DNA of 64,000 nucleotides. Source: Octopus vulgaris. Taxonomy: Eukaryota. Below, piece after piece: positions 36,405 through 49,224 of this stretch. The DNA is taken from positions 52,576,001-52,640,000 of the forward strand of contig OX597828.1 of the NCBI GenBank assembly GCA_951406725.2, in the 5' to 3' direction. A model generated the notes under the pieces. The model was not told the origin of the DNA. It saw nothing but the letters and a program-made list of their open reading frames with translations, and ran no database searches. A program made the translations under genes and the position numbers. Every line of letters begins with the position of its first letter. Positions within the stretch are counted from its first letter, which is position 1.

Positions 36405-39400
36405 TGATGGTTGTGATGGTTTGTGATGGTTTGTGGTGGTTTGTGATGGTTTGTGGTGGTTTGTGATGGTTTGTGGTGGTTTGTGATGGTTTGTGATGGT
36501 TTGTGTTGGTTTGTGATGGTTGTGATGGTTTGTGATGGTTTGTGATGGTTTGTGATGGTTTGTGGTGGTGTGTGATGGTTGTGTTGGTTTGTGATGGTTT
36601 GTGATGGTTTGTGATGGTTTGTGGTGGTTTGTGATGGTTTGTGGTGGTTTGTGATGGTTTGTGATGGTTTGTGTTGGTTTGTGATGGTTGTGATGGTTTG
36701 TGATGGTTTGTGATGGTTTGTGATGGTTTGTGATGGTTGTGGTGGTGTGTGATGGTTTGTGGTGGTTTGTGATGGTTTGTGGTGGTTTGTGATGGTTTGT
36801 GATGGTTTGTGTTGGTTTGTGATGGTTGTGATGGTTTGTGATGGTTTGTGATGGTTTGTGATGGTTTGTGTTGGTGTGTGATGGTTGTGTTGGTTTGTGA
36901 TGGTTTGTGATGGTTTGTGATGGTTTGTGGTGGTTTGTGATGGTTTGTGGTGGTTTGTGATGGTTTGTGATGGTTTGTGTTGGTTTGTGATGGTTTGTGA
37001 TGGTTTGTGATGGTTTGTGATGGTTTGTGATGGTTTGTGATGGTTTGTGGTGGTGTGTGATGGTTGTGTTGGTTTGTGATGGTTTGTGATGGTTTGTGAT
37101 GGTTTGTGGTGGTTTGTGATGGTTTGTGGTGGTTTGTGATGGTTTGTGATGGTTTGTGTTGGTTTGTGGTGGTTTGTGATGGTTTGTGATGGTTTGTGAT
37201 GGTTTGTGGTGGTTTGTGATGGTTTGTGATGGTTGTGTTGGTTTGTGATGGTTTGTGATGGTTTGTGATGGTTTGTGGTGGTTTGTGATGGTTTGTGGTG
37301 GTTTGTGATGGTTTGTGATGGTTTGTGTTGGTTTGTGATGGTTGTGATGGTTTGTGATGGTTTGTGATGGTTTGTGATGGTTTGTGATGGTTTGTGGTGG
37401 TGTGTGATGGTTGTGTTGGTTTGTGATGGTTTGTGATGGTTTGTGATGGTTTGTGGTGGTTTGTGATGGTTTGTGGTGGTTTGTGATGGTTTGTGATGGT
37501 TTGTGATGGTTTGTGATGGTTGTGATGGTTTGTGATGGTTTGTGATGGTTTGTGATGGTTTGTGATGGTTTGTGGTGGTTGTGATGGTTTGTGATGGTTT
37601 GTGGTGGTTTGTGATGGTTGTGTTGGTTTGTGATGGTTTGTGATGGTTTGTGATGGTTTGTGGTGGTTTGTGATGGTTTGTGGTGGTTTGTGATGGTTGT
37701 GTTGGTTTGTGATGGTTTGTGATGGTTTGTGATGGTTTGTGGTGGTTTGTGATGATTTGTGATGGTTTGTGATGGTTGTGTTGGTTTGTGATGGTTTGTG
37801 ATGGTTTGTGATGGTTTGTGGTGGTTTGTGATGGTTCTGTTGGTTTGTGATGGTTTGTTTTGGTTTGTGATGGTTTGTGATGGTTGTGATGGTTTGTGAT
37901 TGTTGTGATGGTTTGTGATGGTTTGTGATGGTTTGTGGTGGTTTGTGATGGTTGTGTTGGTTTGGAATGGTTTGTGATGGTTAGTGATGGTTTGTGATGG
38001 TTTGTGGTGGTTTGTGATGGTTGTGATGGTTTGTGGTGGTTTGTGATGGTTGTGTTGGTTTGTGATGGTTTGTGATGGTTTGTGATGGTTTGTGGTGGTT
38101 TGTGATGGTTGTGATGGTTTGTGATGGTTTGTGATGGTTTGTGATGGTTTGTGATGGTTTGTGATGGTTTGTGGTGGTTTGTGATGGTTGTGTTGGTTTG
38201 TGATGGTTTGTGATGGTTTGTGATGGTTTGTGATGGTTTGTGATGGTTTGTGATGGTTGTGATGGTTTGTGATGGTTTGTGATGGTTTGTGATGGTTTGT
38301 GATGGTTTGTGGTGGTTTGTGATGGTTTGTGATGGTTGTGTTGGTTTGTGATGGTTTGTGATGGTTTGTGATGGTTTGTGGTGGTTTGTGATGGTTGTGT
38401 TGGTTTGTGATGGTTTGTGATGGTTTGTGATGGTTTGTGATGGTTTGTGATGGTTTGTGATGGTTTGTGATGGTTGTGATGGTTTGTGGTGGTTTGTGAT
38501 GGTTGTGTTGGTTTGTGATGGTTTGTGATGGTTTGTGATGGTTGTGATGGTTTGTGATGGTTTGTGATGGTTTGTGATAGTTTGTGATGGTTAGTGGTGT
38601 TTGTGATGGTTGTGTTGGTTTGTGATGGTTTGTGATGGTTTGTGGTGGTTTGTGGTGGTTTGTGATGGTTGTGTTGGTTTGTGATGGTTTATGATGGTTT
38701 GTGATGGTTTGTGATGGTTTGTGGTGGTTTGTGATGGTTGTGTTGGTTTGTGATGGTTTGTGATGTTTTGTGATGGTTTGTGATGGTTTGTGATGGTTTG
38801 TGATGGTTGTGATGGTTTGTGATGGTTGTGATGGTTTCTGATGGTTTGTGGTGGTTGTAATGGTTTGTGATAGTTTGTGATGGTTTGTGATGGTTTGTGA
38901 TGGTTGTGATGGTTTGTGATGGTTGTGATGGTTTGTGATGGTTTGTGATGGTTGTGATGGTTTGTGATGGTTTGTGATGGTTTGTGATGGTTTGTGATGG
39001 TTGTGATGGTTTGTGGTGGTTTGTGATGGTTGTGTTGGTTTGTGATGGTTTGTGATGGTTTGTGATGGTTTGTGATGGTTGTGATGGTTTGTGATGGTTT
39101 GTGATGGTTGTGATGGTTTGTGATGGTTTGTAATGGTTTGTGATGGTTTGTGATGGTTTGTGGTGGTTTGTGATGGTTGTGTTGGTTTGTGATGGTTTGT
39201 GATGTTTTGTGATGGTTTGTGATGGTTTGTGGTGTTTTGTGATGGTTGTGTCGGTTTGCGATGGTTTGTGATGGTTTGTGGTGGTTTGTGATGGTTGTGT
39301 TGGTTTGTGACGGTTTGTGATGGTTTGTGATGGTTTGTGGTGGTGTGTGATGGTTGTGTTGGTTTGTGATGGTTTGTGATGGTTTGTGATGGTTTGTGAT

Positions 39401-40732
39401 GGTTGTGATGGTTTGTGATGGTTTGTGATGGGTTGTGATGGTTTGTGGTGGTTTGTGATGGTTGTGTTCGTTTGTGATGGTTTGTGATGGTTTGTGATGG
39501 TTGTGATGGTTTGTGATGGTTTGTGATGGTTTGTGATAGTTTGTGATGGTTAGTGGTGTTTGTGATGGTTGTGTTGGTTTGTGATGGTTTGTGATGGTTT
39601 GTGGTGGTTTGTGGTGGTTTGTGATGGTTGTGTTGGTTTGTGATGGTTTGTGATGGTTTGTGATGGTTTGTGGTGGTTTGTGATGGTTTGTGGTGGTTTG
39701 TGATGGTTGTGTTGGTTTGTGATGGTTTGTGATGGTTTGTGATGGTTTGTGTTGGTTTGTGATGATTGTGATGGTTTGTGATGGTTGTGATGGTTTCTGA
39801 TGGTTTGTGGTGGTTTGTGATGGTTGTGTTGGTTTGTGATGGTTTGTGATGGTTTGTGATGGTTTGTGATGGTTTGTGATGGCTTGTGGTGGTTTGTGAT
39901 GGTTGTGTTGGTTTGTGATGGTTTGTGATGGTTTGTGGTGGTTTGTGATGGTTGTGTTGGTTTGTGATGGTTTGTGAATGGTTTGTGATGGTTTGTGGTG
40001 GTTTGTGATGGTTGTGTTGGTTTGTGATGGTTTGTGATGGTTTGTGATGGTTTGTGATGGTTTGTGGTGGTTTGTGATGGTTGTGTTGGTTTGTGATGGT
40101 TTTTGATGGTTTGTGATGGTTGTGATGGTTTGTGGTGGTTTGTGATGGTGGTGTTGGTTTGTGATTGTTTGTGATGGTTTGTGATGGTTTGTCGTGGTTT
40201 GTGATGGTTGTGTTGGTGTGTGATGGTTTGTGATGGTTGTGATGGTTTGTGATGGTTTGTGATGGTTTGTGATGGTTTGTGATGGTTGTGATGGTTTGTG
40301 ATGGTTGTGATGGTTTGTGTTGGTTTGTGATGGTTTGTGATGGTTTGTGATGGTTTGTGGTGGTTTGTGATGGTTGTGTTGGTTTGTGATGGTTTGTGAT
40401 GGTTTGTGATGGTTTGTGGTGGTTTGTGATGGTTGTGTTGGTTTGTGATGGTTTATGATGGTTTGTGATGGTTTGTTGTGGTTTGTGATGGTTGTGATGG
40501 TTTGTGATGGTTTGTGATGGTTTGTGATGGTTTGTGGTGGTTTGTGATGGTTGTGTTGGTTTGTGATGGTTTGTGATGGTTTGTGATGGTTTGTGATGGT
40601 TGTGATGGTTTGTGATGGTTTGTGATGGTTGTGATGGTTTGTGATGGTTGTGATGGTTTGTGATGGTTGTGATGGTTTGTGATGGTTTGTGATTGTTTGT
40701 GATGGTTTGTGATGGTTTGTGATGGTTGTGAT
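36405..40732. repeat. ~4.3-kb satellite of 10-bp unit GGTTTGTGAT (variants GGTTGTGAT, GGTTTGTGGT, GGTTGTGTT)
   Basis: Direct reading; over 400 units; plus strand almost C-free. Confidence 0.97.
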
Positions 40733-40888
40733 GCTGCTGGAGTAAGTTGATGCTTGTTATGTTATTGCAGACTCGATACCAATTGATTAACCCCGAATTC
40801 GGTTTTGTAAGGTCTTTGTGATACGCGCCTGATCAGTCACTCGTCTGGTAATAACTAGAATCCTTTTTTGGTACCTGTTCCAGCTGTT

Positions 40889-41745
40889 TACGTTCCGAGT
40901 TCAAATCCCGCTGAAAATAACCTTGCCTTTTATCATTTCAAGATCGATATAATAAATTTGTAGTCACGTATTGGTGCCCAAATGATCGACTAACACCTTC
41001 TTCACTATTTCAGGTTATGTCTTTATGATACAAACAAATATTATCATCATCGTTATTCTTAAGGCGGCGAGTGGGAAGAATCGTTAGGGTGCAGGACGAA
41101 ATGCTTAGCGGTATTTCACCCGACGTTACGTTCTGAGTTCAAATTCCTTCAAGGTCGACTTTATCTTTCACTCTGTCGCAGTCGATAAAATAAGTACCAG
41201 TTGAATACTGGGGTAGATGTTATCCACTCATCCCCTCTCCTGAACTTGCTAGTCTTGTGTCAAAATTCGAAACCATTATTATTAAGGCAGCGAGCTGGCA
41301 GAATCGTTATCACGCCGCGCAAAATGTTTAGCGGAATTTTGTTCATCTTTACGTTCGTAGTTCAAATTCTACCGAGGTTGACTCTACCTTTTTATCCTTT
41401 TGGGGTAGATAAAATAAGTACCAGTCGAACACTAGGGTCGATGAGACCGATTCATATCCTTCTCTGAAATTCATGGCCTTGTGTCAAAATTTGAAATCGT
41501 CTGCCGTTACGTTCTGAGTTCAAATTCCGCCGAGGTCAACTTTGCCTTTCTTCCTTTCGGGGTCGATTAAATAAGTACCAGTTACGCACTGGGGTCGATA
41601 AAATGCACGTAATCCGTTTGTCTGCTCTTGTTTGTCCCCTCTGTGTGTAGACCCCTTTGGGGGGCAGTAAAGAAATAAAATAACTCGGTTCTCCAGCATG
41701 GCCGCAGTTACATGACTGAAGCAAGTAAGAGGATAAAAGAATGAA
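40889..41745 (+). mobile_element. Tandem cluster of four SINE family B copies followed by a family A 3' end
   Basis: ttacgttc..agttcaaat at ~40889, 41127, 41349, 41507; heads aaggcggcgag/aaggcagcgagctggcagaatcgtta at 41061 and 41284. Confidence 0.85.
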
Positions 41746-42941
41746 AGAATATATACATATACATTAGCACACACACACACACACAGACACACACAACATC
41801 ATCATCATCATTACCGTCATCAACAAGAACAACTACAACAACAAGGAAAACTCCTTCAGTACCGACGCTGACAGTGACGGTGGCCGTCGTTGTGGCTCTC
41901 ACCAAATATCAGCAACATGGCTTCAGTAAATTGCATAGCGAGAAGAGATTTTGACGAGACTTGAGTGAAAATAACACTTGAGGTGATGAGATTACGTGGC
42001 CTCGTTTCGGGATGTCAGTGAAGTGGTTTATTGTATTATTGTGAGACAGACTAGCGGTGATGGTGATGGTGGTGGTGGTGGTGGTGGGGAAGAGATGTTT
42101 AGGGGAGATTTTTGTGGGGTGGGGAACAGGAAAAATAACAACTACAACTATAAGTACGGTAACGAAGATCCTACCATGAATGATATCAGAGCTAAAGTAC
42201 TCTGTTATAAGGTATGTTGTAATCTAGAAAAGAAAAACGGTTATTTAGGAGAAGAATGGGAGATGGGGGTAGAGAGGGTGATACAGGTAAAAGGTGAGAG
42301 GGAGAGAGAATTGTAGACGGAAAGGACGAAGAGGAGGAGGAGGAGGAGGAGGAAATGAGATGCAGAAATATTGAAGGGAAAGCGAGAGGGGAGAGAGAGT
42401 GAGGAGAGAGAGGGGGAGAGAAAGATGGAGAGTTAGAGAAAAAGGTAATAGGGAACGGAATAGAGAATTCTAGATGGAAAAGGAGAAGGGTCAGAAAGGG
42501 TCAGAAATATAGAGAGGGAGAGAAAGGGAGAGGACTCTGTCCTCTAATCTCTGTCTCAACCTGCTTTCCATTGCCTCTCTCTCTCTCTCTCTCTCTATGT
42601 ATAATTTTATAGTTTTATCCCTAATATTCTTTCCCTTCTCTCTCTCTCTTTCTCCTCTCTCTCTCTCACTATATATATATATATATATATACATGTATAT
42701 ATATGTTTGTGTATATAAATATATTAAATATATATATATGTATATATATGTATCTATATATTTATATATATATGTGTGTGTGTGTATATATATGTATGTA
42801 TATATATATATACAGAATGAGAGAGACGCAGTGGAAAACAGGATGGGATAGTGATTAACGGGGGATAAGTGAGAGTTCGAAATAGAAATATTGAGGATGA
42901 GTGAAGAAAGAAGTTAAGTGAAAGGAATACAATGAAAGAAA

Positions 42942-42977
<36 letters not shown>

Positions 42978-43246
42978 CAGTGACAGAGAGAACGTCAAGA
43001 ATGAAACCAAAATATTGAGGAATATTTTCAAGAAATTGAAAAAGAAAAAAAAAACAAAACAGAAAACAACAGAACAGAGAAAAAAAAATAGAGATATGGT
43101 TTGGAGAGAGAGGAAATTTGAATGACGGAAACCGACGTTTCATCGTTGGGATTAATGAGTGACGTACAAGAGGAATGATCTGGACAAGTGTGAAGGAGAT
43201 GAAACCTACAACACGAACGGATTTAGAAGGATTTATATGTATGTGT

Positions 43247-43324
<78 letters not shown>

Positions 43325-43524
43325 ACGCAGATATGTATACACGTACATATGTACGTGTAAGTTATGGAAAATTATATATGTATATATGCTTGTGTATATG
43401 TTGTATAGCTGTGTGGAAATATGTCTGTTTATCTGTATGTAAGAATGCATGCGTGTGTGTATGTATGTAATGATGTTTGTACGTGTGTCTGTATATATAA
43501 AAATGTATATATGTGTATGCGTGT

Positions 43525-43570
43525 GTGTGTGTGTGCGCATGCTCATGAATTTATATGTGTGTGTTTCTGG

Positions 43571-43603
<33 letters not shown>

Positions 43604-43975
43604 TGTGTGTGTGCGCATGCTCATGAATTTATATGTGTGTGTTTCTGGGTGTGTGTGTGCGTGCGCATGCTCATGAAGTTATATGTGTGTGTTTCTGTGT
43701 GTGTGTGTGTGTGTGTGTGCGCATGCTCATGAATTTATATGTGTGTGTTTCTGGGTGTGTGTGTGTGTGCGCATGCTCATGAATTTATATGTGTGTGTTT
43801 CTGGGTGTGTGTGTGTGTGCGCATGCTCATGAAGTTATATGTGTGTGTTTCTGTGTGTGTGTGTGTGTGTGTGTGTGCGCATGCTCATGAATTTATATGT
43901 GTGTGTTTCTGGGTGTGTGTGTGTGTGCGCATGCTCATGAAGTTATATGTGTGTGTTTCTGGGTGTGTGTGTGTA
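43525..43975. repeat. Compound minisatellite: fixed core GCGCATGCTCATGAA(T/G)TTATATGTGTGTGTTTCTG plus variable (GT)n
   Basis: Eight cores between 43534 and 43960. Confidence 0.9.
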
Positions 43976-44299
43976 TGTATGTAAGAATGTATGTACGACA
44001 GTGAACGAGAAAAAGTATATATATATATATTTATGCATATATTAACGCGTATGTGTTCAGATACGGGTATATATATATATATATTTATCAATAAACATGC
44101 TTCTCAATGTGATTCTGCGTATGTGAACATAGGCGTCTGTAGCTGGACAAAGCCTTAATTTACTGTGACAAGAAGCCATTATTTCCTATTTATCACATAA
44201 AGTACTACTCCGAGTGTTCTACTTTTAATATATATATATATATCCATTTTTACACACCTATTTTCTAAACACACAGATACAGACGCATATACTATATGC

Positions 44300-44406
<107 letters not shown>

Positions 44407-44427
44407 TGTATATATATATATATATTC

Positions 44428-44472
<45 letters not shown>

Positions 44473-44617
44473 AATATATATATATGCATATATATATTCA
44501 TATATATATATATGAATATATATATATATATATGAATATATATATATGAATATATATATATATATATACGTATATATACATACATATACATGCATATATA
44601 TAGGTATATATAAATGC

Positions 44618-44668
<51 letters not shown>

Positions 44669-44726
44669 TTTGTATTCACCTAAGTATTAACTTCAGGCCT
44701 CCCACCCTTGATCCAACAAAACAGTT

Positions 44727-44784
<58 letters not shown>

Positions 44785-45055
44785 GTGTGTGTGCGCGTGC
44801 GTCCGTGTGTATGTGTGTGTGTGTTAGTGTGTGTGCGCGTGAGTTTAATGGAGAGTAAAATATAATCATAATAAGGAAACAAAGAAAGACTTTAGCACAT
44901 CTTTAACGAGAAGCTAGAATTGTTCGCCAACCATATTCTGTCCATAACGCCATTGAGGACTAAATCGAAATGTAGAGTATTCTTTAACACATTACAACTG
45001 AAAGGCTCTGATCTCCAGTACACAGGATTACTCATTTCCGATCATCATCAGCTGA

Positions 45056-45214
45056 AAACCGAGCCTGGCTTTCGTTTCTAATATCCACTGTCGGAATATG
45101 CTTTGAAATATGAAATGAAAGTACGAAGTAAACTCTTATACTTCTATGTTGTTCTGAATTGACAAACCTTGTCAACGTCTCTTGGATTCTTGGAATGAAA
45201 ACCAGGCTCGGTTT
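45056..45214. repeat. 32-bp imperfect inverted repeat with ~95-bp spacer (MITE-like)
   Basis: aaaccgagcctggctttcgtttctaatatcca versus tggattcttggaatgaaaaccaggctcggttt. Confidence 0.7.
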
Positions 45215-45286
45215 ACTAGTTAAAGATCGGGAGCGAGTAACACCGAGTCCTACAAATTGGTGCCTTCTCATTATTATATATTCACA

Positions 45287-45672
45287 GGCGCAGGAGTGGC
45301 TGTGTGGTAAGTAGTTTGCTTAACAACCACATGGTTCCGGGTTCAGTCGCACTGCGTGGCACCTTGAGCAAGTGTCTTCTACTATAGCCTCGGGCCGACC
45401 AAAGCCTTGTGAGTGGATTTGGTAGACGGAAACTGAAAGAAGCCCGTCGTATATATGTATGTATATGTGTGTGTGTGTGTCTGTGTTTGTCCCCCCAACA
45501 TCGCTTGACCACTGATGCTGGTGTGTTTATTCTGTCGGCAAAAGAGACCGATAGAATATGTACTAGGCTTACAAAGAATAAGTCCCGGGGTCGATTTGCT
45601 CGACTAAAGGCGGTGCTCCAGCATGGCCGCAGTCAAAATGACTGAAACAAGTAAAAGAGTAAAAAGAGTAAA
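45287..45672 (+). mobile_element. SINE family A, full length with a small internal deletion
   Basis: Complete head and (gtaaaaga)n tail; TATTCACA at 45279-45286 and 45693-45700 is a probable TSD. Confidence 0.92.
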
Positions 45673-45908
45673 GAGAGAGAGAGAGTAACATGTATTCACA
45701 CACATACTTATATTAATTGAATTATTAGACAAAGGTAGAATAAATATATGAAACTAAAATTATTCTCGTTTTTAAAATGCCTCACCGTGAAATGTAAATA
45801 AAATATTGATGAAAACACAAATATTCCTGTTTGTAGACAGAAATTCACGTATTTTTGCCTAGATACAGAATTTGTTTCCACGTTATTAACGCTTATTTCT
45901 CTAATACT

Positions 45909-46068
45909 TCGTATAGTATTCACAGTAACCTAGTTGTATGGGAATACTCGTATAGTATTCACAGTAGCCTAGTTGTATGGGAATACTCGTATAGTATTCA
46001 CAGTAGCCTAGTTGTATGGGAATACTCGTATAGTATTCACAGTAGCCTAGTTGTATGGCAATACTCGT
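45909..46068. repeat. 39-bp tandem repeat x4
   Basis: TCGTATAGTATTCACAGTAGCCTAGTTGTATGGGAATAC repeated with no spacers. Confidence 0.92.
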
Positions 46069-46385
46069 GATTTAATGGTTAGAGCGTCAGGCTCAAAATC
46101 AAGTGATCAGTTCGATTCCCGGGCCGGGCTGTGTGTTGTGTTTATGAGCAAGACACTTTATTTCATGTTGCCCCAGTTTACTCAGCCGTAGCTATGAGTT
46201 GCGACGTCACTGATGCCAAGCTGTATAAGTTTTTGCCTTTCCCTCAAATAACATCAGTGACGTAGAAAGGGGAGGCTGGCATGCATGGGCGTTTCCTGGT
46301 CTTCCATAAACAACCGGCTTGTGCCTCAGAGGGGAAATTTCTAGGGGCAAACCTATGGTCATTCATGACCGAAAGGGCGTCTTTA
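46068..46385 (+). mobile_element. SINE family D copy
   Basis: Colinear with 27898-28247 (ggttagagcg...gagcaagacactttatttca...atggtcattcatgaccgaa). Confidence 0.82.
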
Positions 46386-47109
46386 CACTTTACTTTGCAC
46401 TAGAAGTTAGGCTATTTAGCTCACAATCTTAAGATCGTGGGTTCAGTTCTTGGACCGAGTGGAGAGTTGAGTCCTTGAGCAAGATATTTCATTTCAATTA
46501 AGCTTAGTCTATTCAGCTGTAAGTAATTTGCAGCTGAGTGTTAGTGCAAACATCTTTGCTTGTGGCTCCCACATTCTTGGTATTCTGTGAAGCCTACGAT
46601 GGTACGGCCTAGTCAGGATCTAGGTCAAGGTGAACTTGCGACTTTAGAAGCATCTCTGAATATAGGGCGACGGCATGGCACATGACATCAAATCATAATT
46701 GCTTACGAATGGCAGTCATAATTTTACTCATGCACAATCACACACGCACGCATCCCCACACACATACACGTACACGTATACAGGCACACATATACACGTA
46801 CACACATATATATGCACCATCACCATCATCATCATCATAGTCGTCGTCGTCGTCATCGTCATCACAGTTGATGTTTTTCTTTAAAGTCGCAAAAAGCGAA
46901 GCTCACGTTCGTGTAGAGCACACACACACACACACACTCAAACACAAAAAGCGATTAAAACCTGAAAAGCAATTCAACCCATTAGCATAGCACCCTCGTT
47001 GTCATCATCATTATCCTCATTACCTTAATTATTTTTATTATTGTTCTTGTTATTCCTCTTGTTCTCCTTGCTACTGCTGTTGTTGTTGTTGTTATGAATT
47101 TTTAGTCGC

Positions 47110-47152
<43 letters not shown>

Positions 47153-47604
47153 ATAGACATACATTGTGTGTGTACTTATATATGTATGTATATACAAATA
47201 TATGTATATATATATTAAAAGCAAATACACAACAAAGATTTTTCCCATGAAACACTGGTTAAATATCTAAAAGCCCTTTTCCTGAAAGTGCAGTGACATT
47301 AGGGAGTTGTAAGGTTTGATGCAATCTTAATTGAATTTCACCGAAAATTAACGCCAATTATTAAATGGGTTTTTACTCCTCTAATCACACACACACACAG
47401 ACACACACGCGCGCGCGCGCACACACATACACACATAGACACACAAAACATACATGATGTGCATACACTTAATTATACATACAGATATACATATGTGTAC
47501 AAATATATGCATTTTGTATACAAATATTTGTGTATGTCTGTGTACTTTTTATATTTATGCATATACGAACATACGTAAATAATCATATAAGAACTCATAT
47601 ACAT

Positions 47605-47649
<45 letters not shown>

Positions 47650-47807
47650 AGTGTGTGTGTAAGTGTGTATCTGTGTGTGTATATCGATTGAATATATATT
47701 TGTATATAAATATATATACATGCATATAATATATATTCATATATATGAATGCACGTGATCTACCTAACGTATCTCTCAATACATACATATGTATGTATGT
47801 GTGTGTG

Positions 47808-47841
<34 letters not shown>

Positions 47842-47919
47842 CGTGTGCGTTGTGTATATACATTTACATATAAATATATATTCAAAATATATGCGTGTCT
47901 GTATATATATTTTTATTAA

Positions 47920-48125
47920 TTTTTTTATTTTACTTGTTTCAGTCATTTGACTGCGGCTATGCTGGAGTACCGCATTTAATCGAGCAACTTGACCCCGGGA
48001 CTTATTCTTTTGTAAGCCCAGTACTTATTCTATCGGTCTCTTTTGCCAAACCGCTAAGTGGCGGGGACATAAACACACCAGTATCAGTTGTCAAGCGATG
48101 TTGGGGAGACAAATATATACGACGG
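47920..48125 (-). mobile_element. SINE family A 3' half
   Basis: tacttgtttcagtcatttgactgcggc...cccagtacttattctatcggtctc. Confidence 0.85.
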
Positions 48126-48141
48126 TATATACATGTATATA

Positions 48142-48183
<42 letters not shown>

Positions 48184-48282
48184 CTCTGTCTACTCTCTCT
48201 TTCTCTCTTAATATATATATAAATAATATGTATATATATATATATGCATACATACATAGATACATGTATATATATATGCATG

Positions 48283-48330
<48 letters not shown>

Positions 48331-48406
48331 CATACATAGATACATACATATATATATGTATGTATGTATAGATACATACATATATATATATGTATGTATG
48401 TATGCA

Positions 48407-48447
<41 letters not shown>

Positions 48448-48922
48448 CGTGGATGAGTATATAATTTTTTGCTATTTCAAACTGCTGTCTTTTTCTAATT
48501 AGATCGGAGCTATTATGTACAGCTTTACTTTCATAAATTAAGGGAACAGACACTAATGTACTTATACGAAATCCTATGAATCCGATAGTTTCCTTTAAAA
48601 AAGCAAAGAATGAAACAATAACTTCGCTTGTAAATAAATATAATAAAAAGACAAAATGATAAAAAAAAATAGTAAATAAATCAAATTTGTTTTGGAGGAT
48701 TCCAACTCGTGTCTACAACCTTGTGCAATTTTCAAGTCTTGCAATATTGATTGGAGAATATTTTCTTCTGGCAAGAGACTGTACTGAGGGACAAGATCCG
48801 CCATTGAAGTAAACAGAGAAACCCTTATGCACGCACTATAAGGGAACATATAAGGGGACACTATGAATTATAAGTCGCATGAAACTGAATCAAACTGTTT
48901 TATAATTACAAACTTGTATAAT

Positions 48923-49224
48923 TACAAACTTGTTACCAGTTAAATATGCTGAAGACATGTTGGAACCTCAGAGAAAGATATTCACTGTATGTTTCCAGAT
49001 GAAAATTCTTTGCTGTAGACAAATAGGTGTAAATACACACCAAGTCAGATCGCAGCAATCCCTAACTACACTGTTGGATGCGTACTTTCATTTCGGAGTG
49101 GTTATTTCCTCTTCAGCAGCAGAGACCGGAACGACAGATGCTGCTGACCGAAAGGAGAGACAGGTTTTCTTTCATGCCGGTTCGAATATTACTCAGCCAT
49201 ATTTGAACTGGTAACAAGTTTGTA
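48923..49224. mobile_element. MITE-like element with ~28-bp TIRs, possible TA TSD
   Basis: TA|caaacttgttaccagttaaatatgctga ... tcagccatatttgaactggtaacaagtttg|TA. Confidence 0.7.

Noticed and set aside
36405-40732. Long stop-poor minus-strand frames (ITNHHKPSQT repeats), or a telomere / interstitial telomere call
   Set aside because: Lack of stops follows from base composition; mixed 9/10-bp units shift frame freely; the unit is not TTAGGG
45021-45054. Minus-strand CTGATGA-tgatcg-GAAA hammerhead-like string
   Set aside because: No real stem II and only a 3-bp stem I; CTGATGA arises easily from (ATC)n
45909-46068. CRISPR-like array (palindromic ~39-bp repeats)
   Set aside because: No unique spacers, no cas genes, eukaryotic context
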